Positions 24,299-36,520 of a DNA stretch of 64,000 nucleotides are shown here, in pieces; the stretch's first letter is position 1; each line of letters begins with the position of its first letter. The position numbers were made by a program, and so were the translations under genes. Source of the stretch: Vitrella brassicaformis CCMP3155 (taxonomy: Eukaryota > Protista > Chromerida); contig CDMY01000454.1 in the NCBI GenBank assembly GCA_001179505.1, positions 9,520 to 73,519 on the forward strand. Reading direction: 5' to 3'. The notes below the pieces were generated by a model that saw nothing but the letters and a program-made list of their open reading frames with translations, was not told the origin of the DNA and did not search any database.

Positions 24299-27091
24299 AT
24301 GGACGTCAATCAGGTGACTTCAGACACTCGAGGGCTCAGAGGCTCAGAGGGCAGAGCAGAGGATGACGCACGCAGTGCACGAACAGAAGCACACCACCAT
24401 CTTCCGATTTCTTCCTTGTGATGTGTTTGGTTCTCTCTGCGTTCAGTTTGTTGCGAACGCCCGTGCCGTTAAGGACAGCTTGGCGCTGCTCCTCGACCAA
24501 GATGCCGCCACCGTCGCCGCACAGGTGGGCGTTATTCGCTGACGGAGAGGCCTGCACGACAGAGGAGCCGCTCACTGTGTCCTTGGTTGATGCAGGCGTC
24601 GTCGCCCGAGGCATGGCTGGTGAATCATCAGCTGGGATCGATAGCCCCACTGCTGAGCACCCTCACGACCCGGCTCCAGCAGGGAGGGCCCAGCCTCGCC
24701 AGCGCTGTAGCTGTAGATGCACCCAACTCGACCACCGAGGCCGCTGCTGCATCGGGAGCGGCACACACAAAGCCACAGGTGGGGTGAGGTGGGGTGAGGT
24801 GGGTGGCCGTCCATCGGCAGCTGACCATGGATCCGCCCTCTGCGTTGTTGTGGCTGTCGTGTTGTCTTATTGCACTGCAGGCGGCTGTGGCCAGTGGTCC
24901 ATCGTATCGTTTGATCCATCGAAGCGGCAACCCTCCACCCGTCAACCAGGGACACCAAGGACCGGTAAGGGCCACGCATTAGAATGAGTATGATTCAATC
25001 AGCCCATGGAGTGTTGTTGTCCTCTTGCTCTTGCTTCAGGCTCGTCGTCGTCTGTCGCGCGACGAGTTGGCCAACGTGTTCGGCCACCTGCAGCCCTGGG
25101 AGCTGACGCGCCACCGCCGGCGTCTCGGCACGTCACTCTTCCATCAGTCGGCTGCCAACTACACCCACCTGGTCATCGACTGTGAGGACGACACGGCGCG
25201 GCGCATGTGGGAAGCCATGACACTGGCCGTGGCACTCAGATGGGGGCAGAGAGCGAGCAACGTCCGAGAGATCAAGCACCGCCACCCGTAGTGGCGAGAC
25301 GGATGGTGTTGCGGCACCTGGGTGGCATTAGTGGAGGGACATGGGAGTGGCCGGGCGGCCATCGCAGACGAGAAGAGACGGGAGAGAGAGGGCGGGGAGG
25401 GGACAGCGGACGCTGCGGCGGTGGCGCAGGATGATGACGACCCCAGATCGGCTGACGAGGGCACATTGGAGGTGCTGTCACTCGAGGAGGTCGACCTCGA
25501 CGATAGCATTGTAATCCCCTACCCTCCCCCCTCACGAGCTCTGTCCCCCGCCCCCGCCGCCCCCATTCACCTGCCGGCACTCAAGACGGTCCGCAACATA
25601 GCCCACGATTGCCTGCTGGCGCGTGTGGGCCGTCAGTGGCGCACCCCTGCCGTCAAGGCGCTCATCACCAGGGACAATTGGGCGGCTAGTGGTCTAAGGG
25701 CATGGCTGGCCGAGGCCATTGAAGTGCTGGACCTCAACGGACGGGACGCCTATATTAGCGCGGCCGATGAGGAACTGGACCTCAACGGACGGAGGGCAGG
25801 CCTGACGGCCGATGCGCTGAGTGGGCTGCCCGCCGACGGGAAGTCACTCGCGGCGCTTCGCACACTGTGAGGCGTCCGGATATATTGGAGCAGCCCCGCG
25901 GACATCGACGAGCTGCGTGAGGTGATGGTGGCGAGGGGCGTCAGCCGGTCCATTCGCGAGCTCGAGATCGACATGGGGTGGATGCGGAGCACTACCTTCA
26001 CTGTGGAGCTGTGCCAGAGCGTCGCACGGCTCATGTAAGGACACAACAGAGAGAGGGACACAGAGAGAGAGGCGGGGAAATGCAGACAGCTCAATTCATT
26101 CCTGTGCTTTGCCTTCGATCAGTGACGCCATCGCCCACCCCGAGGCAGTGGAGAAGGGCGTCTTCGAGCTCAGCAACGACGGCACGTGTGGAGAGATTCA
26201 CGCGGAGCTCCTCTCGCGCAGCAGCACCGGCCCCGCCGCCGCCCAGAAGCTCATTCGCGACTTCGCCAAAAGAGCCGGCACCGTGGCATACAGCGGTCTT
26301 GACGAGGCCGTCCCTGCGGCCATCAGTGACGACACATTCCCCGCCGCCCACACCCTGAAGCTAATGGGTGATGATGCCCTCGCCAATGGGGCCAACAAGA
26401 AGCGGGCCCTCGAGATCGCCTCCAACATGCCCAGCCTGTCGTGCGTCAAGGCAGGAGATGAGGAGCACGAAGTGGAGCTGGATGCACCTGCTGGTGAGGT
26501 GTGGCGGTTCCTCGAGCGGCTGCAGGCGGCGCTGGTCAGCAGGGGCAAGGAGAGGAACCTTTCAGTCCAGTGGTATCTGGGGACGGGTGCATTCGTGCCA
26601 CTGGAGCCCGTGCACAACAAGAGCAGCCCCTGTCTGTGGGATCGGGGCATCGGCCAGTTGCCGCCGATCGATGAAGTGAGGATCTCCGTTCATGGTAAGG
26701 GACATGAGACTGCATGGTGGTTGTGTCCATTCACCATGCATTTCAGGCGGTGTAGCCGATGACGCGCTGGACGAACTCTACAACAGCGTGATGGCCATGG
26801 TCTCCTCCTTCAACCACAAGCTCAAGGTGCGTCACACAGCACAGACAAACAGCACACCGACAGACAGCACACCGACAGACAGACCACAGACAGTCGCTGG
26901 GCAATGTGTGTAAGCCTCTTGTCGTGCTGGCTGATCGACAGGGCCACGAGAGGACTGAGGTTTTCTTTACAGAGTCGCACTTGGAGTTTATGCAGCGTTT
27001 CCTGGCACAGCAGGCCTCTCTCAACTTCAATGGCGGCCCATATAAGCTCAGCTTTGACGATATCACCCTGTTCGTCGAGCGCTGCGCCTGA
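24299..27091 (+). pseudogene. F-box/LRR-like family copy B, in-frame TAG 25289-25291 and TGA 25868-25870
   Basis: Same exon structure as A and C. HP*WRDGW aligns with YPSRREGW, and RTL*GVRIY aligns with RTLRGVRMY of copy A. Confidence 0.75.
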
Positions 27092-27581
27092 CGTGTCCAG
27101 CTGCCGATCAGGTGAGACCAGGCCCAGCTGCACCACCGAGACGACCTTACCGATGTGTGTGTCGTCCGACTCAGAAACGTGAGTCTGGTTGGGGCGGGTG
27201 GTAGCTACTCGAGTGCGGCAGATGCAGCTGGCTTGTGCGGACAGACGATGCGTGGAGGGTGGACAAACACGTGTGTGTGTGTAGGTATCTGTGTGTGTGT
27301 GACCTAGTTAATTCGTGACGATGACCAGATTGATTCGTGCCATCCATCCATCCATCCATTTATTTGTCCAGACATTCGAATTTATTGGGCAGCGGTGCCG
27401 CCTTCCACCACACACATTCTCACACAGACGCACAGAGAGAGAGAGACTTACATATGTACACTCACATGCACTTCGCATCTGCTGTCTGTCCCGTCCGCCA
27501 TTTCACCCATACCGAGAGCACTAAACAAACCACACCGCTACGCCCTGCCTGCTGGCTGCCGGCTGCCAGCTGTCTGTCTGT

Positions 27582-28358
27582 CTAGCTGGGAAAGGACCGG
27601 TGGAAGTGGATATTCTTCCACTCCTTCTTGCCGTCGCCCATCTTGTGCCACACCCTGGTCTCCTCCGTCGCCACCGTCTCCGGCGACCCCTGCCGCATCA
27701 CCTGCATCAGCCGGTTGTACGTCACCACGGCTGTCTCGTTGCCCAACAAACGAATCTGCTCACCCACCCAAAGAAACAGACAGGGACATCACACACAGCC
27801 ATGCAAGAGCCGAGTGCCCCTCTCCTGCTCGCCTTGAGGTTCGTGACGGTCACTTTGGCGGGTGCACTGGCGTCCACCTCCTTGCCGACCGATGTGGTCT
27901 TCTTGGCCGCCGTCAGGTTGAAATAGTACTGTGACGAACAACACACACACACACACACACACACGGTAGAGGAGATTGACGCCGGCAGAGGAGATGCGGC
28001 TGCCCACCTTGTGGAAGTCCAGGCCCTCCACCAGATAGCCTTTCGATTCAGGCTCGAAGCAGGTCAGCGAGGGGTCACAGAGCTGCTTGTACGTCTCCCA
28101 GTCGCCATCTGTGATGGCCTGCAGAAGCCGCTTGTTCAGCGCATTCAGCTCCTCTATCTCCGATGGAACGGCCGGCATGCTGCTGCTGCTGCTGCTGCTG
28201 CTCTCGAGTGCGGGGACCGGCCACACCTGGGATGCTGCCGCAGAATGCGTTGCCGCAGCGGCGTGTGTGAGAAGGGGTGATCTGCCGCTGAAGAGAGCCG
28301 GGTTGCTTCGGATGAGAAGGAACAGCAGTGCGTTGAGCGGCAGAGGGCTCAGGGGCAT
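27582..28358 (-). CDS. Stand-alone CaMKII association (hub, NTF2-like) domain protein; join(28358..28008,27928..27833,27755..27582); alternative start 28178
   Basis: LNKRLLQAITDGDWETYKQLCDPSLTCFEPESKGYLVEGLDFHKYYF..IRLLGNETAVVTYNRL..EETRVWHK..WKNIHFHRS matches the CaMKII hub consensus (QLIEAISNGDFESY..CDP..TAFEPEA.GNLVEGLDFHRFYF..EETRVWHR..W..VHFHRS). The second intron is GC-AG. Confidence 0.92.
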
Positions 28359-28595
28359 GAATCACGTGGCAGCAGACGCCAGCACGACTGTTCACCTGCT
28401 CACAGACACGTATGATGGATTCCGATCACAGATCTCGCATCCTTCTTGTGGCTGTGGCTGCTTACGTGGCGTGGGGAGAGAGACCCGCCGGAAAGAACGC
28501 GAGCTGAAGTCATTCTGCGAGCTTTTTGAAGCAGAAAGATCAGGCAAAAGACAAAACGATGTAGCTCAGGCTAGACACGTGCTCACACAGCAGAC

Positions 28596-30655
28596 ATGGA
28601 CAGCTTCCGAGATTGGACGATTGTGTTAGGCAGCTGGCTCGTGCACTTCGCCAGCCTTGGGACAGTCTACACATTCGTAAGCAGCAAGCAGCGCTCAGAT
28701 GCAGGCACACGCATTGTCTTGTCCTTGTTGTGCTGTCTTTTGATGCAGGGAGTGTTCTTTCCATATTTGTTGGCAGGATTCGGGGCGAGCAAGGCGGTGA
28801 CGAGCCTTGTCTACTCGGTGTCTGCGTCGTGCTTTATGTTCTTTGGCTTCTTGAACGGTGCCCTTGTTCGGCGATATGGCCACAGAAGGTGTGGAAACAA
28901 GCACTCGGTTAAAGTGACCGAGGAAAAAGACCGTTAGCCTCTGTCTGATGATGTTGTTATTGTTGTCTCATCAGGATGGCTCGAGTGGGTGCGGTGATTG
29001 TGCTCGGTGGCCTGATTGCAAGCTCGTTCGTCTCTGATTTGTGGCAGCTGTTTCTCACCTATGGCGTCATCAGCGGCTTCGGCTTCGGCCTCAGCTATAT
29101 GAGCTGCATCACCATCATCGCACTCCACTTCGACAAACACAGGGCGACAGCCACTGGTACACGCAGACACCAACCATTCCTCATTCGTCACATTTGCTTT
29201 GATGGTTCGTTCCATGTTGCAGGCCTTGCTGTGTCGGGCAGCGGCATCGGCACTCTCGCCCTCGCGCCAACGTTTGATGCCCTCCTGGCGAGTATCGGGT
29301 GGCGCCACACATTCCGAGTCCAAGCGGCCATCTGCACGGCCTTGATCGTTGCCGCGTCCTTCTTCTTCAAGCGGCCACATCAAAGCGATCCCTACCAGCA
29401 GCCGCAAGACCAGCCACAGCAGCGAGAGAAAGACTTAGAGGCCAAGCAGCTGCCGGCTGCCGATGGGGATGCCGCTGCTGATGATTTGAAGGTGGTTATT
29501 GACGAGAAAAGCGGCTACTTTGTCATCGAGAAGGCGACGTCTGCCGGGGAGGGCGAGGTGGAGGAGACCTCAGCCACTGGGAGTGACGATCGTCCACACA
29601 CGCCGCTGCAGCCGTCAGAGCCGCCATCAGCAGCACCACCGGCAGCCGCAGAAGAGGCGCCCGCACCCCCAGCACAAGACAAATCGCACCCCGATGAGGG
29701 AAGGGGGAAAGAAGTACAGTCCGTCGTCACTGCAAAGCGGTCGTCGGCTGCTCCGGAGCGGCAGAAATCCTTGATGAGGCTATTGCCCGCGCTGCATTTC
29801 GACTGGTCGCTGTTTTGCGACTCGAGGTTTGTGGTTCTCTTCATTGGCTCGTTCTTCTGCTCCTTCGCATACTTCGGTAAGCGACGAATGAAACGCGCAG
29901 CCACATGGCATCACGAGGCCACCGGCACATCTATATCATGCCTTATATGTTGCCTTCGTATTGTGTTGTCTTGCTACGTTCAATCAGTCCCTTTCTCCCA
30001 CTGGGTCGAATGGTAGGCGACAAATCACACACACACACGACACCGAGGGCACCAAACGGATTTTGCTGTGTTGCATGCCAATCTCTTTCGTGTATTCAGG
30101 GGCATCGAGAACGGCATAGCCTCTGACCGAGCGGCCCTCACCGTCACGGCGTTCGGCGTCGCGTCGACCGTCAGCCGTGTGTTCGTCGGTCGCGTGGCTG
30201 ACTCACTTGGCCGCGTGAAGGTGTTCTGGCTCGGCACCCTGATCATGTGTCTCGATCTCGCCTTCCTGGCCATCGCCGACCAGCTGTGGCGGCTTATCGT
30301 GTTCGCCCTGGTCCTCGGCATCGGCTCGGGCGCTTTCATCGCCTTGACGCCGGTGATCACGGCTCAGCTGTTCGGCAGCCATCGGCTGCCTGGCGGCTTG
30401 GGGTTCATCTACTGCGCCATAGGCACCGCGAATGCGATGGGGCCGCCATTCGCCGGATGGGTGGCGGACCAGATCAGTTACCCTGCCGCCTTTGGCTTCG
30501 CCGCTCTGGTGATGGCTGTCGGGTGTGCCTTCATCGGCGTACTGTGGGCGTGGACTGCGTGTGGGGTTGGTGAGAGCCGGGAGCGCTTTATGCGGGCTTT
30601 GTCTTGTCAAGGGGGGTTGGCAGGGCAGCGGCTCAGCCGGCCGCCGAGTGCGTGA
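28596..30655 (+). CDS. MFS transporter, monocarboxylate (MCT/SLC16)-like
   Basis: ~12 hydrophobic helices; W..VLGSWLVHF..GTVYTFGVFF, LVRRYGHR, LFLTYGVISGFGFGL, HFDKHRATATGLAVSGSGIG, GRVADSLGR, LPGGLG..GPPFAGWVADQ. Confidence 0.9.
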
Positions 30656-31228
30656 AGGGGGAGGGGAGGCGTGATAAGTAAAGCTCATGAATGCGTTTTT
30701 TGGGGAACGTGAGAAACTATCATTTATTCCCGGCCACTGGTTCAGCCGGCAATTGTGCATACGGCTTTTTCGGACACACATTCCAGCTCGCGAGAGCGAG
30801 GGGATTTTGACGTCCACGTGTGGGTGCCGATGGATGAAGGTCGGGAGGATGCGTGTGATTGATTACTCACTGCATCCTCACCCGCCCCCCCAACCAGGCA
30901 AAGCGAGACGTCCCGTTTTCGTATCTCGGCTGGTGTGTACAGTGTGCCGATATATGGTGGTGGGGGTGACTGCGTGCTGTGCTGTGCAAGTGACAGGTGT
31001 AATCCTGCAATCCGACCATTCGTTGATGGTGACTGGATCATGAAATGAGCAAGCCTCCCTCCCGCACAAACAACGCCCCCACCGTCCCTACTGTTAGCTA
31101 CTACTAGTACTGGCAGCACTAGCATACAAATCACACCCGTGGCGAAATGACCAGATAAAAACTCACACAGACCAGAAACAGAGCTACTGCAGACACATGC
31201 ATCCCTCACATGGCAGCCGACCGGCTAT

Positions 31229-32763
31229 TCACGCAGACAGCGGGCCAACAGTATCGTCCTCGATCCCCAATTCCCGCAGGAACGGCCGCAAACGACCCAT
31301 GGTGGCGGGGAAACGCTCATCGAGAGTCCAGCCGTCAGCCACAGCCACAGCCACCTCAGTGGTGTCGATCTCGATGAAACCGTATGTTACCAATGAAATC
31401 CATGCCAGATGCGGGTATGCATCCTCCTGACACGGCCCCTGAAGCAGGAACACGATCCTGCGGTGGGAGATGGGCCCGACGTACTCAGGCTGCAGCACCC
31501 AAAGGTACCCGTGGTCCTTCCACGAGTCGAAGACAAACATGTCCGCCCCATCAGCCATGTCTTTGCTATGCAGTGCCCGCCAGCGGACGTCGGCGATGCC
31601 GAAGATGCCCACATCGACCCCCCACAAGCGCGTCCGCCGCTGCTGAACTGCTGCGCTGTCCAGCAACTGGTTGGCGATGAATGACGCAAAGGAACGATGC
31701 AGCAATAGGTCGCAGCGGATCGGCGGGTCACGGTGACGAAAGTCTTGGCGGTAGGGGTGCCAGCTGCACATTTCGAGCAGCTTGACTTCACGAAAGATCT
31801 TGCCGCCCATGAACAGCAAACGCACGCTGCGCCTAGCACTCTCAGGACCACCTCCAGCGCAAAACAAAAGCCGACAGAGAGGATGAGGGCCACGGTAAAG
31901 TCCGCCAGGATCGACAGGCACATCCACCCTAAGGTGCTCCAGAAGGGGTCCTTAGTGAAGAGGCCCACGTACTTGAAGATGTCCAAAACAAGTTTGGTCA
32001 ACAAGTAGGTCCAATAGAGCGGACATAACACCAAATACCACCGGCCCTCCAGCCCGTCAAGCATGCCGGTCATCAACATCACCTCAGTCCTTGGTATCGA
32101 CCGCCTGACAGCCATGGTAGTGGTCGTGCTGCTTGTACTGCCCCTGTCGAGTTCAAGGAGGTGGCCGATAGTGTTGAAGGCGGCCACGGAAGCCGGCAGC
32201 CGATTGAAGATCGCCGTGTCGGGCAGATAATGCGCCACGAGCCACTCAGCGGATATCACCAGGGGCAGCCGCCCAGTTGTCACCGCCCCGCAGGCGGTCG
32301 CCAGCCGCACCACAGTGGCCATCTGGCGCCACCCAGCCGCCCTGTCGATTATGTGAGCGCACCGACAGAGATACCCAAATCGGGAGAGAGACGGGGCGGC
32401 TGGCTGTGTGTCACCGGGATCCCTCTCCACATCAACGAGGCCGCTCAGCCGCTGCTGTGCGAGGCATCTGTCGATGTGGCGCATCAGGAAGGCCTCATCG
32501 ACGGCTTTGCTGAGCGTCCTGCTGGTCGGGCGAACCTTCACAGCCTCAACCAGCGATAAGAAGGGCAGAACCGCCGCAGAGTAGACGTCAGCCGGGAGCG
32601 GCACAGCAACGACAGATCTCGTGAGATCTCCGCCCCTCTGAGCGTCATCCTCAGGCAAGATGGAGATGACCACAGACGAGAGCTCCTCAGTGTCGTCCGC
32701 TTCGGGGTCGACTTTCTTGTACGAATGCCGCCACCTCCGCCATCGCCAAAGGAACCACCTCAT
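31229..32763 (-). pseudogene. Second lineage-specific family (F-box-like N-terminus plus TM segment), copy 1, apparent frameshift near 31830
   Basis: N-terminus is ~95% identical to 39672-40228. The C-terminal frame (FMGGKIFREVKLLEMCSWHPY..PPIRC..SFASFIA) aligns with copy 2 (TIGGKRFRVVPREEMCRWHPF..PPIRC..SWTSFIA) but is out of frame with the ATG ORF, and no intron is evident. Confidence 0.6.
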
Positions 32764-32939
32764 CGCGAACGACCACGGTTGGGAAAAGTGCTCGTCGGCT
32801 CTAGCACAGAAAGGGCTGCGAGCTCAGACGAGAGAACGAAGAACAGGCCGAGGACGCCGAGGAGCACTTCGCCGCTGTGGCGAGCACACATCGCAACGTC
32901 ACTCTGCAAAACCGCCACATTTGACCACATTCACAAGCG

Positions 32940-34896
32940 ATGCTGAGTTCTGTGTTGCGAGAGGGAGGGCCCCTCCTGGGGAACCTCAAACGGAGCATGA
33001 AGGTGTGAACGGAAACCCATGGATGAAAGACCTGCCTCCCATCTCTTCCCCCAATCTCTGTTTTTGTGGTCGACGCGTTCGTTTGTCGGCAGTTGGAGCG
33101 TCTTCACATCCCGAAGCCTCGTCGGGGCGAGGTGCTGCTCAAGACCACCTCATGCGGCGTGTGCCACACAGACCTACACGTCATACAGGTGGGCTGGTGC
33201 ATGCAGAAGAAGATACATCGATGCATGATCGATAAGGGTCTGTCTGTCTGTCTGTGTGTGTGTTGGTTCAGAAAGAGGTGCCCTTCCCGATGCCGGCAGT
33301 GATGGGCCACGAGGTGTGTGGTGAGCTGGTCGACTTCGGCCCCTCAGTGAGCGAGCAGGAGAGGATCCGGCTGACCAGTGGCGGGGCCACGCACTTCGTG
33401 GCGCCCTTCATCATGCCATGTGGAGAGTGCCATCAGTGTGTCGAGGGCCAGGAGGACATCTGCGATACGTTTTTTGCCATGAACAGGGTGAAGGGCACGC
33501 TCTATGATGGCGAGACCCGCTACTTCACCGAGGCCTCCAATGAGCCGATAGCCATGTACAGCATGGGCGGCCTCTCGCAGGTCAGGCAGAAAGGCCAAAC
33601 AAACATCACATAGATGTGCGTGTGTGTGCTGTCCGGTCTTCATTCATTATCCAGTACACTGTGGTGCCGGTCTCGTCGGTGTTTCCCCTCCCTCCCGTCA
33701 GCTTCCCCCCGCACCAGGCGGCGATACTCGGCTGCGCCATCTTCACTGCCTACGGGGCCATCAAGAATGCGGCCGACTTGCAGGTGGGGCAGAGCGTGTG
33801 TGTGATCGGCGCGGCGGGCGGTGTGGGGTCCAACATACTGCAGATTGCCAGGGCCTACCAGTGCTACCCCAGGTATACACACGTGCATACGACATCCAAA
33901 GGTGTGCAGGTGGTGAGTGACTCTGCGTTGTGAGTGCCTCTCTCTCTTTGTCAGGATCGCCGTCGACGTGAACGATGAGAAACTCGCCGCATGCCGGTTA
34001 GTTGAACACTCACCGACTCACTCACCCAGACGCATCCTCCCCCCNNNNNNNNNNNNNNNNNNNNNNNNNNNNNNNNNNNNNNNNNNNNNNNNNNNNNNNN
34101 NNNNNNNNNNNNNNNNNNNNNNNNNNNNNNNNNNNNNNNNNNNNNNNNNNNNNNNNNNNNNNNNNNNNNNNNNNNNNNNNNNNNNNNNNNNNNNNNNNNN
34201 NNNNNNNNNNNNNNNNNNNNNNNNNNNNNNNNNNNNNNNNNNNNNNNNNNNNNNNNNNNNNNNNNNNNNNNNNNNNNNNNNNNNNNNNNNNNNNNNNNNN
34301 NNNNNNNNNNNNNNNNNNNNNNNNNNNNNNNNNNNNNNNNNNNNCCCCCCCCCCCCCTTTCTCCCTCCACGACATGCAGGGATGTGTTTGGCGCCACGCA
34401 CACGATCAACTCGCGGTCCTTCTCCTCAGCAGATGAGGTGCGCGATGCCATCCGTGGTGTGACTGACTACGGAAGGGGTCTGGACGTCTCCTTCGAGGCC
34501 ATCGGCAAGCCCGCCACATTTGAGCTGGCCATCAACATCGTCAAGGACGGCGGCAAGGCCGTCATGGTCGGCATCGCAGACGTCAAGGACAAGGCCTCTG
34601 TGCCCATCACACATGTGAGCCGAGACGGATGGATGGACGGAGGGAGGGAGGGCGAGGGACACACACAATTGGATTGGATGTGTCAGGTGGTGCGTCGGAA
34701 GATCATGGTTCACGGGTCGTACGGTGCCAAGACGCGGAAAGACATGCCGGAGATTCTCAAGCTGCTGGCCAACGGGTCTTTGGAGGTCAGCCGGTTCATC
34801 TCCCGCGAGTACACCCTTGAGCAGTCGGAGGAGGCCTACGCCGACTTGGCCGATGGCAAGATACAGGGCCGGGCGGTGGTGCGAATGGACGGCTGA
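32940..34896 (+). CDS. Zinc-dependent alcohol dehydrogenase (MDR family), similar to plant At5g63620-type
   Basis: CGVCHTDLH, GHEVCG, structural Zn motif CGECHQCVEGQEDIC, AMNRVKGTLYDGETR, MYSMGG, AILGCAIFTAYGA, GAAGGVG, VKDGGKAVMVG, VRRKIMVHGSYG. An N gap lies inside an intron. Confidence 0.93.
34045..34343. other. Assembly gap (N run) flanked by poly-C
   Basis: N characters in the sequence. Confidence 0.99.
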
Positions 34897-35344
34897 TCTT
34901 AAGAATGACTGACTGGTAGCTCTCTCCCTGAGTCGGAGTCGATGCGGTTTTTCTGTTGTGTGTAAGTGAGTGCGACTGAGAGGTTTTTCTGTGACGATAA
35001 GCGTTGGTGGGCGGGGGATGGATGGATGGACGGTTATTAGGCCCTTGTCTGTCTGTCTGTCTGTCTGATTGCTTCCTTGCTTGCTTCCTTCATAGGCCAA
35101 CAGGGCTCTATTTTCCCTGTTAGCTAATGACGTTGTTGACAGTAGCCTGCCTCTGTCCGTCTGTCCGTCCGTCCGTCCGTCTGTCTGATTGTGTGGCCGA
35201 CGCGCACCGGCACACGGCGTGTGGGAGAGGTACAACCAATGGAGGCCCACGCCGTCCCATGTCGGCCTTCCGTTTGTTGTAGTGGGCCCACATGCCGCTG
35301 TTAAGTGTGTCTGCTGGGGAGGCTGGTTGAGGGATGTGACCATC

Positions 35345-36520
35345 ATTTGCGAGCTCAAATTCTCACCACGACATCCTTGTTTCCCCTTTTTCATAATTCT
35401 TTCATCTCACGTCTGTGCGGTCGCACCGAGGACCGGATCGTGCGAAAAAATCGCAAAACGAACTCGCCAGATCCGAGAAAAACAGGAACTCGATCCTCAC
35501 TCGATCCAATTGACTCGATCGGATCCAAGGTTGCTTCCCTCGAGGCTTCCCGCCGCCTTTCTGCCTCCAGATGGCTACCTCAGTGCTTCTCACGCACTGC
35601 TACGAGCATTTTTGAGGAGAAGAACGGCAGATGGTGGTGGGGAGTTCGCACGGGAGATCTCTCCCTTATCTCATCTCATCTGTCAGTGCGTCCTTCAGCC
35701 CGAAAGATCAGCCCCAAGGACAGCATGGCGAGGCAGAGGAGCCACCGCCTCACTCCAACAGCCCTCATCACTCGCCCCCTCCCCCACCCGGCATCAAGCA
35801 CAGCAAACAAACACTTACCCAGCCTCTTCCTGACCCACAGACAGCCAGTACAGCGACTTCCCTGCACTCATCGTCTTGTCACCGCCCCGCTTGGCTGCCA
35901 TCCGCCAGCCCTCAGCTGTCACTATGACCGTCTTTGCCCTGTGTGCTTCGGCCTTGCTGCTGCTGGCATGTGTGCCGGCAGCTGTCGCCCAGAGCGGTTA
36001 CGGCGGTTACGGCTCCACTCACGGTGTGTGCGAGAAGAAGGCTGATGTGCGCTACGAGTGTCCTTACGGATTTGAGTTCGACGCCGACTCACACAAGTGC
36101 GTCAAATACGACTACCAGGACATCAAGTACTACTGCCCTCAGGTACGCAGACGCAAGCAGAACCCAGCACTTGAGTGTTGTGCTGGTCGATTGATTGGTT
36201 GATTTATTCCCTTTATTGATTGTGGGTGCAGGGCACCAAGAAGACCGCCGCGGGCTGCGTCAAGTACGTCTATGAGGAGAAGACACCCTACTGCAAACAC
36301 GGCAAGCTCGACGGCCACAGGTGCTTCGTTTACGAGTACTACCCCGTCGAGTACCAATGCCCTTACGGCTACGGCTTCACAGCCGACAAGGCCAAGTGCT
36401 ACGCCGACAAGTATGAAGACAAGCTCTACAAGTGCCCTTACGGCTACGAGCTGACCAACGACAAGAACAAGTACTTCAAGTACATCTATGCCGACCTCGA
36501 GTACTACTGCCCAGCGGTGA
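35345..36520 (+). repeat. Segmental duplicate of 62921->64000 (ORC1 upstream region plus wall-protein gene)
   Basis: Near-identical from ~35540/63115 onward; recognisably similar but more diverged over the first ~180 nt. Confidence 0.9.
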
